Positions 1 to 9,358 of a DNA stretch of 64,000 bases are shown here, piece after piece. Location: NCBI GenBank assembly GCA_030867685.1, contig JAQOWU010000003.1:1116001-1180000 (forward strand), in the 5' to 3' direction. The notes below the pieces were generated by a model, which saw only the letters and a list, made by a program, of their open reading frames with translations, did not search any database and had not been told where the DNA came from. The position numbers and the translations under genes are program-made. Source of the DNA: Wickerhamiella versatilis (lineage: Eukaryota). Position 1 is the first letter of the stretch. Each line of letters begins with the position of its first letter.

Positions 1-1539
1 CATCATCATCCTCTGCCCTATACTGCTCGCTTCGCTTGTATAGCAGGATCCACGGTTGTAGTTGCCCATCTTAGCGGTGAGGAGAGCTTAGTCCAGTGGC
101 TTGAAACAGGAAAGAATCTATCGGTACGAGAGGAAAAACATTACCCTGGTGCTATCACAGCTCTTAGCCCCAGTGTGGTTTGCTGCAACCAGCGTCTTTA
201 TGTTGAGGACCGTCAACTAGAACTGCCAAGTTTGCCGAGCTCGGTACTCGTTGATGAGGATTGCGTTTATGTTGGACTTGTATGTGGCACTGTCATTTTA
301 TACAGATTGCCCGAGCTAATTGAAGTTGCCACTTATGACATAGGGAAGGGTACACCACCACGGCTGCTCACCTTAGGCGATGGCCGTAAAATTGCATCAG
401 GGGAAAGGACAATAGCTATTTCATCAAACCATAGCACAGAAATATCTAGTTGCCCCCCAATTCTTGGTGTAGCAAGCCTAGGGATAGGTGGTTACCATTT
501 AATTATCTCCGAGAAGGGGATGCATGTTTGCGAATTTGAAGGATGGAATTCAGTTTCAGTAAAAAGGTATGAAGGGGTCCCTGGCAGTACTCTTGATGTG
601 GGTACGTCTCAGGAATTGTGGTCAGCAGCAGGCTATCTCGTACGACATAAAAAAGCCATTCATCGATTAGACTTCAGTCAGTCAATTGATAAAATTTATG
701 CCTTACCGGGAGGAAACTGCCTATATGCATCGAATAATGAAATTGGCATACTGAATAGTTCATTCGAGCGAGTTGATCATAGAGAATTCGCTGAAATATC
801 TCGGGTGTACCGCAATGACAATACATCATTTCTTGTACTGCATCAGGGTGGCTTTTTCTTAGTAGAAATCACCTTGGAGCCGCCCAAGCTTCATGTTGGT
901 GATAACTTAGAGGAGTCACCAGTTTGGGATTTTGAACGGTGTGATGTATCAGATGGCGTTATTTTATTCCGATCAGATCATGCAGAATATAGCATGGCAG
1001 AGTGGCATGATATGTCGCGTTTGCCTTATGTCTACCCAATTGTAGCGCGGGATGAGCCACCTGCAGCTGCACTGCTCTCTCAAAAACACTGGTGCATGGT
1101 ATTTGACCAGAACAAAACATTACATACTTTCTATAGGGATTCGAAAATGGGCGAATTTGTGCTTGGGGATGCAATCAGCGCTTTCTGCCGTCCCGCGCCT
1201 ATGCTTTTACGTATGACCGAAAAGTTGCCATTAAAGCCTTCTCTGTTCTTTGCCACAGAAAACGGAGGCCTCTATTTGTATGCTTTGCTGGAAGAAGATG
1301 TTGTAGAGCCTCTAAAAAGACTTCAAGATGTTATATCCCACAGCTACAAAGTTATAACGAGACCACTTGCAGACTTTCAAGGGTTTTCACAAAGCGAGAA
1401 CACTGATATCGATGGATCTTTACTAAATTCCTACATGAGCCTTGCGCAGAATGTGAGAGAGGATATGTGCCGAGAAGCTGGTATCCTGCCGTCGGTTATT
1501 TCCAATGTAGTCAATGGGATTTATACTATTTTGCATTAA
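1..1539 (+). CDS. DDB1/Mms1/Rse1/Cft1-family beta-propeller protein, C-terminal part (5' truncated by window)
   Basis: Frame is open from base 1. Beta-rich repeats end in LFFATENGGL...LKRLQDVI...DIDGSLLNSYMSL, like the CPSF_A/DDB1 C-terminal helical domain. Confidence 0.6.
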   Translation, partial: HHHPLPYTARFACIAGSTVVVAHLSGEESLVQWLETGKNLSVREEKHYPGAITALSPSVVCCNQRLYVEDRQLELPSLPSSVLVDEDCVYVGLVCGTVILYRLPELIEVATYDIGKGTPPRLLTLGDGRKIASGERTIAISSNHSTEISSCPPILGVASLGIGGYHLIISEKGMHVCEFEGWNSVSVKRYEGVPGSTLDVGTSQELWSAAGYLVRHKKAIHRLDFSQSIDKIYALPGGNCLYASNNEIGILNSSFERVDHREFAEISRVYRNDNTSFLVLHQGGFFLVEITLEPPKLHVGDNLEESPVWDFERCDVSDGVILFRSDHAEYSMAEWHDMSRLPYVYPIVARDEPPAAALLSQKHWCMVFDQNKTLHTFYRDSKMGEFVLGDAISAFCRPAPMLLRMTEKLPLKPSLFFATENGGLYLYALLEEDVVEPLKRLQDVISHSYKVITRPLADFQGFSQSENTDIDGSLLNSYMSLAQNVREDMCREAGILPSVISNVVNGIYTILH

Positions 1540-1637
1540 ATCCATGCTTATATTATTTCGAGGCCTTTGCAATGCCCCTAAGTAGATACGATTTGGTACA
1601 TACATGTAACCAGCACAAATGATCATCGACACACATG

Positions 1638-2288
1638 TTAGTCCATATTGTTCAAGAAGGCTGGGTTGACTTGTATCTTAGACTTGAACTTGTTCCACCA
1701 TTCATCGAAAGCCTTAATTGGAACCTTACCAGTTGAGTCAACAAAGCCAGACATATAGTTGTATGCATGTGAAACGATTTTGTTGGCTAAGCTGGCAATG
1801 TCTTGTGGGGAATCTGGAGCAGGCGCTGGGGCAGCTTGAAGTAGCTTTGGTGGCTTCGCAACGGCAGCACGGGCTTGCTCCAGAGCAGCTTGTGTCTGTT
1901 GGATCGGCTCCAAAGCAATTCCAAGCACTATGTCATGTCCCGAAACAACGTCCGAGTCGTCCATCATTACATCCACATCGTTGACATTCGCGGACACCGC
2001 GTTTGTATTAAGTTTGTAAATAGCACTCTGTTTTGTTAGAGTTAATGCACCTAACAGTTGGAAGTCATTGGAGGTGGGTAATTTAGCATATACAGCAGCA
2101 GCAACATCGGGTGGGAATTGCGTCCCGGGCAGCAAGAAAAGTGAAATATGGTTAATTCGAGATGCATTTGCAATATTATAGACAAATTTCATGGGTTCCA
2201 CTTGCTGGAAATTTGTGTCCACAGGTCTTCCTCCGCAGACGATACCAAAAACCTGCGGGCTCCCAGTTTGATCCACAGCTGTGTTCAT
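1638..2288 (-). CDS. OPI10: Hikeshi/Opi10 family Hsp70 nuclear import factor
   Basis: FGIVCGGRP...INHISLFLLPG...KQSAIYK, and C-terminal AYNYMSGF...FDEWWNKFKSKIQVNPAFL. Confidence 0.92.
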   Translation of the reverse strand: MNTAVDQTGSPQVFGIVCGGRPVDTNFQQVEPMKFVYNIANASRINHISLFLLPGTQFPPDVAAAVYAKLPTSNDFQLLGALTLTKQSAIYKLNTNAVSANVNDVDVMMDDSDVVSGHDIVLGIALEPIQQTQAALEQARAAVAKPPKLLQAAPAPAPDSPQDIASLANKIVSHAYNYMSGFVDSTGKVPIKAFDEWWNKFKSKIQVNPAFLNNMD

Positions 2289-2310
2289 GGTTCTGATTAC
2301 ATCATTGCGC

Positions 2311-2318
2311 TTCGAGAA
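2311..2318. promoter_or_regulatory. Heat-shock element dyad TTCgaGAA upstream of OPI10
   Basis: TTCGAGAA about 22 bp upstream of the ATG. Only two nGAAn units. Confidence 0.35.
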
Positions 2319-2475
2319 GGGCCCTTCCCTTGGCCAAGGCCAGGCCGGTTGGTATGGGTCGTTGCCTGATACTACGGCGCTAGATGGACATCAGCAGGGC
2401 AATACATATTCCCGATATGCATAGCATGTTGTGTGTTGGTAAGAAGATCCTGCAACAGTTTAGACCAGATGTTAT

Positions 2476-3330
2476 TTATGAATTCGAGTAATAAATAAAA
2501 GATGTAGCACACCCCCCAAAGACCTTTATAGTACTAGGCTCGCCTCTGATAGTGAAAGCCGAAGGGCAGTTGCCATGTTCTCCCCAACCCCACGTTTCAA
2601 CTGTCCTCTCGGGCCGCACGCCTAGCCCATGTTCACTTCCTAAGGCAACATCTTCGTAGTCGTAACGAGGGGGATTGGTTTGCCCATGGCTATTATTTCC
2701 AATAAAGTGCCATACATTGCTGCGATAACCGGCGAAAGACCAGCCGCTGCGGACACATTCTGATGCTGGTATAGTCCACGGTCTTCCAAGTACGGCACCA
2801 GACCCCAAGATCGTAAAATCACGCCCACATGCAAAATTATCACTGGAAACAGGTAGTCTTGAAAGATTAGGAACCTCCTTTACGCCCTCGAAATCACCAA
2901 GTTGGCCTTTTCGAGCAGCGCCCCATCCCCATAGTGTTCCGTCGGCAGTGCCGATGACAGTGTGCCTCATGCCGGAATCTATATGTCTGATACCCTGGAG
3001 TTTCCCGACGAATTTAGCAGCTTCATTGGTCCCCATAGTGACTACCCATATACCACCGGCGTCGTCGACTAAAACCGTAAAGTCCCAGCCGGCTGAGCAC
3101 TTTTGCCATTCTAGGGTATGAGGATGCTTTATTTCATAGAAACTAGAGTATCCCGACCCCGCAAGCCAGGCTCTACCAGCATTAACTATACATGTGTGAT
3201 TACCGCCGCCAACGACATAAATATCTCTCCCTTCTTCGAGATCTAGAGGTATGGAAGTCCATTGATCTACATCTTCTGTATGCCCAAGTCCTAATTGTCC
3301 CCGGCCGTTAGAGCCACAAGCCAAAAGCAT
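2476..3330 (-). CDS. ATS1: RCC1-repeat protein Ats1/Kti13
   Basis: MLLACGSNGRGQLGLGH start, GGGNHT, GWGAARKGQLG, GSEHGL, WGWGEHGNC, FGGCATSF. ATG at 3330 preferred over TTG 3360. Confidence 0.88.
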   Translation of the reverse strand: MLLACGSNGRGQLGLGHTEDVDQWTSIPLDLEEGRDIYVVGGGNHTCIVNAGRAWLAGSGYSSFYEIKHPHTLEWQKCSAGWDFTVLVDDAGGIWVVTMGTNEAAKFVGKLQGIRHIDSGMRHTVIGTADGTLWGWGAARKGQLGDFEGVKEVPNLSRLPVSSDNFACGRDFTILGSGAVLGRPWTIPASECVRSGWSFAGYRSNVWHFIGNNSHGQTNPPRYDYEDVALGSEHGLGVRPERTVETWGWGEHGNCPSAFTIRGEPSTIKVFGGCATSFIYYSNS

Positions 3331-3413
3331 TGGGAACTCTCTACAGATGCAGCCAACCAAATAGACGAATAGTGATTAGTAATCACTATCCAGCTTAAAG
3401 GGTTCGAACACAA

Positions 3414-3848
3414 ATGTTGCGACTAAGTACTCGGGCTGCTTTGCGCTCTCCAATCCAGCATAACGTGCGGTTCAGCCATCATGTTGCATACGGTCCAGCC
3501 GAGCCTCTCGGCTGGTACATCAAATGGGTGGCCGGCCTGAGCGTGGCCATTGGTGCTGTCGCCTACGACCGTGTTTATACTGACAGGGCTATCACGAAAT
3601 GGATCACGCCTGCAACAAACAAGGCAGAGATAGACAGGCAGCGCGAGAGGTACGCCGATTTGCAGATTCGCGATCAGGATCGGGCTATCACTATACTTGC
3701 GCCAAAAGAGCGATCCCAGATGGAGAATCTTTCCCCCCATCCTGTTCCAGAGGGTTCATGGCGTGCCACACACTCTGGCTCAGTTCTTGATACAAGCAAG
3801 ATTGGTGAGCGCCGTCCGAGAAAGGATGTCCTCCCTAAAGAGATTTAA
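3414..3848 (+). CDS. Mitochondrial single-TM protein, probable complex I accessory subunit (fungal 17.8 kDa/NDUFB5-like)
   Basis: Arg-rich presequence, one TM segment (WVAGLSVAIGAVAY), C-terminal PEGSW...GSVLDTSKI resembling the 17.8-kDa subunit family. Confidence 0.5.
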   Translation: MLRLSTRAALRSPIQHNVRFSHHVAYGPAEPLGWYIKWVAGLSVAIGAVAYDRVYTDRAITKWITPATNKAEIDRQRERYADLQIRDQDRAITILAPKERSQMENLSPHPVPEGSWRATHSGSVLDTSKIGERRPRKDVLPKEI

Positions 3849-4252
3849 TCGATGGAGCGCCAATAGCGTGAAATCGTGCCGTGCTAAATCTTTATTTGAA
3901 TGGGCTGGGAGCTTTATAGGCATTTTAGTGGTATTGTTGGACTTGCACAGCCGTAAACTGTACCAATTGAACAGGGTCTACTTATAATATCCGGCCACAA
4001 CAAGGAGATGAACTCCAAGCTTAGTTCTCTGATCCTAGTATTATTAAATAGGCTATAGCTGTAGATTATCGCTGTGGATCATCATTCAAGCCACATGGGT
4101 TGTGTGAAACCTCACATTATGTAAATCCTAGTCTTCCAACGTCTAGACTCCGAGCAATATAACATAACATGCAGGATGTAAGGCATTATTAACATATAGT
4201 CGTTAAGTACTTAAATGTGGGTAACTTTACGTATAGCGTAGGTCAAATCAAA

Positions 4253-4969
4253 ATGGTGTCTTTGCCCCACCGTGCTGCGATCGCTGTAACCTCTTATAAT
4301 GGTCCATTTTATCCTGATGGTAAGAACACTGGAGCCTTCTACAGTGAAGTGTTGCATCCATTCAAGGAATTCAAGAAGGCTGGTTTCGATGTCGATATAG
4401 TGTCTGAGACTGGATCTTTTGGCTGGGATGAGCACTCAATTGAGCCCGCATTCGCTTCTGAAGCCGAACTTCAGGAGTCCAAAGAGGGTCCTTTCGCTGA
4501 TGCGGTGAAATCCGTGAAGAAGCCCAGTGATGTCTCTCCTAGTGATTACGGTATTTTCTTTGCTGCTGGCGGACATGGTACGATCTTCGATTTCGAGGAT
4601 AAGGATGTTGGTCTCTACAAGCTCGCTGGAAATGTGTGGGACCAAGGTGGTATTGTTGCTGCGGTCTGCCATGGACCAGTCCTGCTCAATGGCATCAAGG
4701 ATAAAAACGGTGAGTACATTGCCAAGTCCAAGAATCTTACCGGTTTCCCGGACTCCGGCGAAGTTGCGATGGGCTTGACAGGCTTGCTGGACTCCAAGGG
4801 CTGGCTCTACACAAGTTCTCCTCTGAAAAAGCTTGGAAACTACATTGCACCTGAGCAACCATTTGATGCCAAGGTTGTTACTGATGGCCGATTGGTGACC
4901 GGTGCAAACCCTGCGTCAGCTACCCCAACAGCTAGTGCGGCGCTTAAAGCCTTTGAGGCTCTTGCTTAA
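4253..4969 (+). CDS. HSP31: DJ-1/PfpI family glutathione-independent glyoxalase (Hsp31/Glx3)
   Basis: FYPDGKNTGAFYSEVLHPF, FFAAGGHG, AVCHGP nucleophile, DGRLVTGANPASA. ATG 4253 in AAAATG context. Confidence 0.93.
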   Translation: MVSLPHRAAIAVTSYNGPFYPDGKNTGAFYSEVLHPFKEFKKAGFDVDIVSETGSFGWDEHSIEPAFASEAELQESKEGPFADAVKSVKKPSDVSPSDYGIFFAAGGHGTIFDFEDKDVGLYKLAGNVWDQGGIVAAVCHGPVLLNGIKDKNGEYIAKSKNLTGFPDSGEVAMGLTGLLDSKGWLYTSSPLKKLGNYIAPEQPFDAKVVTDGRLVTGANPASATPTASAALKAFEALA

Positions 4970-5141
4970 TACAAATTAACCGAGAAACAACAACAAATCT
5001 AGCTTAGCATTTCTAAAAGACTAAAATTTTTTAAAAACTTTTTGCAATACATTGTGATTGTGGTATTACAATCAGACAGAGGGATTAAAACGAAGCAGAA
5101 TAGTTAAATACCGGGCGGTACCTTGTATAAGATGCCGAAAA

Positions 5142-8100
5142 TTAATCCGAATAATCCTCGAAGTCTTCGTCAGAATCCTCATCATAATCCTCCTCGAGCT
5201 CATCTTCGAAGTCCTCCTCAGCTTCCTCAGGCTGTTCCTCGTGGCCCTGAGGCTGAGTCCTTGCTGGATCAGAAATGCCCCCTTGTATCTGTGATTCCTC
5301 CGATGGTTGGTCCTTAGGAGCATTTGTACGCTCAGGATTCGCTGCGGGTGGCAACACATTATCAGCTACCTGTGCATCATGCTCCACTGAAGGTAGATTA
5401 CTATGGGAGTCCACCTTGGACTCATCGCCTTGAACTGGATTGCTAGGAAGGTTTCCTTCCACTGATTCCTGTTTCATAGGCTCTTCCTTCACAGGTTCCT
5501 GGCTGACCAGCTCCTCTTTAGCAGGTTCTTCCTTAGCAGGTTCTTCCTTAGCAGGCTCCTCCTTAACAGGCTCTTCCTTAGCAGGCTCTTGCTTAACAGG
5601 CTCCTCCTTAACAGATTGTGGCTGTTCTGGTGCTTCTTCTTTGGCATAATCCTCCTTAGCTGAAGGCTTCTCCTCAGCACTAGCGGGCAGCTCTTTCGGT
5701 GCAGCGATACCAGTAGCTTCCGGGGTTTTCTGGTCAAGCACCCAGGTAGCCACAAGACCCTCGGCCTCGGCATCAATCTCGTTCTCATTTTCCTCAGAAA
5801 CATGTTTATCCAAGGCAAGCTTTGTGTTCGCCAGCGTGAGAATGGATTCTTCTATGGTATGCTCCGTAATTAAGCGGATAACCCGGACAGGTCTAGTCTG
5901 TCCAACCCGATGTGCTCGATCTTCAGCTTGCTTATCATCATGTGGGTTGAAACTAAGATCAAAGACGATGACCACGTTCGCGCAAGCTAGATTGATACCA
6001 AATCCTCCAGCTTTTGTACTTAAAAGGAATGCCGAAATCTCTTCTTCCTCATGGAACTTGTCAATCATGTCTTGTCGCACATCGACGGGGGTTTGACCAT
6101 CCATGCGCAAAAACTTCATTCCTATCATACCAAGCACTTTTTCCAGAATGTCGAGAATCTGTGTGAACTGTGAAAAGATAAGAATGCGATCTTTCCGCTG
6201 CTGCATATCCTTGAGCAAAGACTGAAGCTTCATTATCTTACCTGAGTTGAGGAATGAGGTATCTGGCAGAGCATGCTGCCCTATTGTCAGAGAGAACTTG
6301 GCACAGAGATTATTTAGCTCGAAGTCATTCATGACCTGCATATCCTCAATTATGTATTGTTCATTGGCACTCTTGTATTGCTCTTCCTGCATTATTTCTT
6401 TGGCCATTTGTTTCACCAACTCATCATTGTAATGCCGCCGGAAAAGAAGAGGGTGCAGCGCAGCCTTTCGCAGCTGCATAAGAACATTGTCGAGTGCTTG
6501 ACCTGCTTGACGGGCTTTTCTTCCGCCTTGAACCTGTTCATGAACAGCATTATCAGCAGCCTCACGGATGGAGCCTCTATTCTGGTTTAGCTCTTCCTTG
6601 TAAAGCTTGGCCTGGTCCTCAGTCATTTGACATTTTGCAACCTCATGGCTCTTAGGCGGCAAATGCTGCAATACTTGCTCTTTACGCCGCCTAAGAATAA
6701 ATGGTGCCATCATGGTCTTTGCCTTTATGATACGCTGTTCTGATAACAGTAGCGACCGCTCAGGATCCGGGCTACCTTCACGGGCATCTGCAGAGGTAGT
6801 TTTAGCCTTGAACTTGAAAACTTCAAGCAGTTCCTCCCTATTAGCTTCAAATAGACCTGGAAGAATAAACGAAAGAAGCGATACAAGTTCACGAAGATTA
6901 TTTTGTAAGGGCGTTCCCGTAAGCAAAACTCGGAAATTAGCACGAAGTCGCATGAGCTTGTTGTACCGTTCAGACTGAGAATTCTTCAAAAGGTGGCCTT
7001 CATCATAAATACAAACATTAAATTTGAGTGATTTCAAAAACCCCATATCCTGCTTTCCACCCGTTGCCAAATTATATGTGGTAACCAACACATCAAAGTT
7101 TGCACCATTTGAAATGATGGTATCTCTAATTTCCCCACGTTCTGCTTGAGAACCATAGTAGGGTTCAACCACCAGCGAGGGACAAAATCGTGCAAATTCT
7201 CGAAGCCAGTTTTCGAGAGTTGATGAGGGACAGACGACAAGGTGGGGGGACCGATCGCCTTTTTCCTTGAGATGAGCCAAAAACGCAATTACTTGACAAG
7301 TTTTTCCCAGTCCCATCTCGTCCGCCAGAATGCATGACATGCGCATGCGATAAAGTAAAGAAAGCCAGTTGATACCGACTTGCTGGTACGGCTTCAGTTC
7401 CACGTCAGGGGCCACTAGGGCGGGTTTTTCCTTGAAAAAGCCATTACCACCCTTGACCTCCGTCACTCCTAATTCTGCATCACCCCTGATGTCAATTCCC
7501 CATTCGTGGATACCCGCATGCACTCGCTTACCCAGCTCGGCACACTGTTGTATGAGGGAGTCTACAGCCTCATAGCCACGCAAGGTGCTCAATGCCGCCT
7601 CCACTATCTTGGTTCCTGCAGCCTTCTTAACTGCACCCCGCTTCCGCTTCTGTGGTTCCTGCTTTGGCTGCTGGCTTGGGACATCCACCTTCTGGGCTTG
7701 AAATAGGGTCGCATAGGGGCGCTTCTTCACCAAAGCCTCAGCCATTTCTTGTGTACAAGCCGACACATCGATGATGGCAGGGATTGGTGCAGTATTTAGA
7801 AAGTGGAGGACGCGTTCCTCGAATTCGCGGGCAGATTGAGGGTCATAGTCCTCTCCACCAGACTCATCTGAGGCCGAAAATTCATCCTCATCGTATTTAC
7901 GATACTTTCGAGACATCACTGGCTGATCTTGTCGAGGAAAAGTACTAACACCTGGATATGGCATTGTGGGCATAGGGGCCTGCATAGGCATACCTGGCGC
8001 CACGCCAGCGGTGTGACTGAACTTTTGGCGAATAGTCTTGGCAGGACGCATTATTTGCTGTCTTAGTTGTTGCTGTTGCTGGCCTGGAAGATTTCCTCGC

Positions 8101-8711
8101 GCCTGCATTTCCCGCAACCATGCAGCTGCCGCTTCATATGTTTTTCTGACTCTAAGCGATGTTGCCAATACCGCGTCTTGTACATCAGGGAACGCTGCTC
8201 TCAACATGGCCATCATGCGAGCATTATGTTCGCGGTTCAAGGCCATCTGAACTGATGGCGGTGGTGGGGGTAATGGCTGGCTGAAGTATCCACCTGCTGC
8301 TGGCTGCTGGCCGTAAAAACCTCCAGTCGGGGGGTTAGCTTGACCATAATACCCACCTGTCGCGGCAGGCTGGCCATAGTATCCGCTGCCCGACACAGCG
8401 GGCTGCCCAGTGTAACCAGCCCCTGCACCAGGGATCCCTGAATAGCCTCCTCCCGCTGCTGGTTGATTGGCATATCCCTCGCTACCATAATAGCGGGGTG
8501 TTCCACCAGGCGGTTGCGGTACATATTGTCCATACGCGGGTTCTCCAGCCGGATAGCCAGGATAGCCTCCATAACCTGCAGCAGCAGCACGACTTGCACG
8601 CTCACGCTCAGCAGCAGCGTAGTATGATGGATGGTGATGGCGTCCATCATTTCCAAGGTAACCGAGCCGGTTTGGTGGGGCCTGGTCCCCAGCACCATTC
8701 GGTCGCTGCAT
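5142..8711 (-). CDS. FUN30: SNF2-family chromatin remodeler Fun30/Fft3/SMARCAD1
   Basis: LKPYQQVGINWL, ILADEMGLGKT, YDEGHLLKN, LLTGTPLQNNL, FNPHDDKQAEDRAHRVGQ, and a CUE-like segment (LRAAFPDV...AAAAWL). Confidence 0.93.
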   Translation of the reverse strand: MQRPNGAGDQAPPNRLGYLGNDGRHHHPSYYAAAERERASRAAAAGYGGYPGYPAGEPAYGQYVPQPPGGTPRYYGSEGYANQPAAGGGYSGIPGAGAGYTGQPAVSGSGYYGQPAATGGYYGQANPPTGGFYGQQPAAGGYFSQPLPPPPPSVQMALNREHNARMMAMLRAAFPDVQDAVLATSLRVRKTYEAAAAWLREMQARGNLPGQQQQQLRQQIMRPAKTIRQKFSHTAGVAPGMPMQAPMPTMPYPGVSTFPRQDQPVMSRKYRKYDEDEFSASDESGGEDYDPQSAREFEERVLHFLNTAPIPAIIDVSACTQEMAEALVKKRPYATLFQAQKVDVPSQQPKQEPQKRKRGAVKKAAGTKIVEAALSTLRGYEAVDSLIQQCAELGKRVHAGIHEWGIDIRGDAELGVTEVKGGNGFFKEKPALVAPDVELKPYQQVGINWLSLLYRMRMSCILADEMGLGKTCQVIAFLAHLKEKGDRSPHLVVCPSSTLENWLREFARFCPSLVVEPYYGSQAERGEIRDTIISNGANFDVLVTTYNLATGGKQDMGFLKSLKFNVCIYDEGHLLKNSQSERYNKLMRLRANFRVLLTGTPLQNNLRELVSLLSFILPGLFEANREELLEVFKFKAKTTSADAREGSPDPERSLLLSEQRIIKAKTMMAPFILRRRKEQVLQHLPPKSHEVAKCQMTEDQAKLYKEELNQNRGSIREAADNAVHEQVQGGRKARQAGQALDNVLMQLRKAALHPLLFRRHYNDELVKQMAKEIMQEEQYKSANEQYIIEDMQVMNDFELNNLCAKFSLTIGQHALPDTSFLNSGKIMKLQSLLKDMQQRKDRILIFSQFTQILDILEKVLGMIGMKFLRMDGQTPVDVRQDMIDKFHEEEEISAFLLSTKAGGFGINLACANVVIVFDLSFNPHDDKQAEDRAHRVGQTRPVRVIRLITEHTIEESILTLANTKLALDKHVSEENENEIDAEAEGLVATWVLDQKTPEATGIAAPKELPASAEEKPSAKEDYAKEEAPEQPQSVKEEPVKQEPAKEEPVKEEPAKEEPAKEEPAKEELVSQEPVKEEPMKQESVEGNLPSNPVQGDESKVDSHSNLPSVEHDAQVADNVLPPAANPERTNAPKDQPSEESQIQGGISDPARTQPQGHEEQPEEAEEDFEDELEEDYDEDSDEDFEDYSD
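5466..5612 (-). repeat. Coding 15-nt tandem repeat, [AV]KEEP x ~10, in FUN30 C-terminus
   Basis: Repeated tccttagcaggttct/tccttaacaggctct units on the + strand. Confidence 0.9.
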
Positions 8712-8803
8712 ATCCTCAAATATTAATTAGTAAGAAAAAAGTCTCTTTTGGGGAAATTCCTGTTGACCGCCACTTTACGAATTGTTGCTAGCAGTGTATT
8801 TCT

Positions 8804-8920
8804 ACGCGTCAATAATGCTGTCGCTTTTTTTCCACCCTTAAACACGCGTTTGGGGGGTTGCGTCTTATATATCACGTGACTCCTATAATACATAACTTCA
8901 CAGATGCTAGTATAACGCGT
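8804..8920. promoter_or_regulatory. FUN30 promoter: three MCB elements (ACGCGT) and a Cbf1 site (ATCACGTGAC)
   Basis: ACGCGT at 8804, 8844 and 8915; ATCACGTGAC at 8871-8880. Confidence 0.6.
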
Positions 8921-9358
8921 GGTCAGGGTTCCCGTAGAGCTAATTTAGCGTGCCGACTATGAACATAAGAATAAGAAGAGAATTTGCGTCGTTTTTAGTG
9001 TCAATCCATCGTGGCTTCTTTTTTCCCCTTCTTGCTCACAACGTTAATGTAATGTAATATGAGCTAGATGGGTGGGCCGGACTATCTTGACAAAAACCGA
9101 CTAAGTGAGACGAGTTCATTAACTGTAGCTTTGACAGATAACATTATTTCCTAGAGGGAGTAGAAATATGGCAGGGAAATTCAAGAAGAAAAGGAAGGGG
9201 GGATGAGGTCCTAAGAGAGCTGCGTAGCTGTGCCCATTAAATTGAATTTTTTTATGAATGAGAGAACATAAAGTAGTTAGAAGAATGGGCCTGTCAATGT
9301 GTTAAATGGCCCGTTTGGACATTCTTGATTTTGTAAGCTTGCGAGAGTTCCCTTGGTG

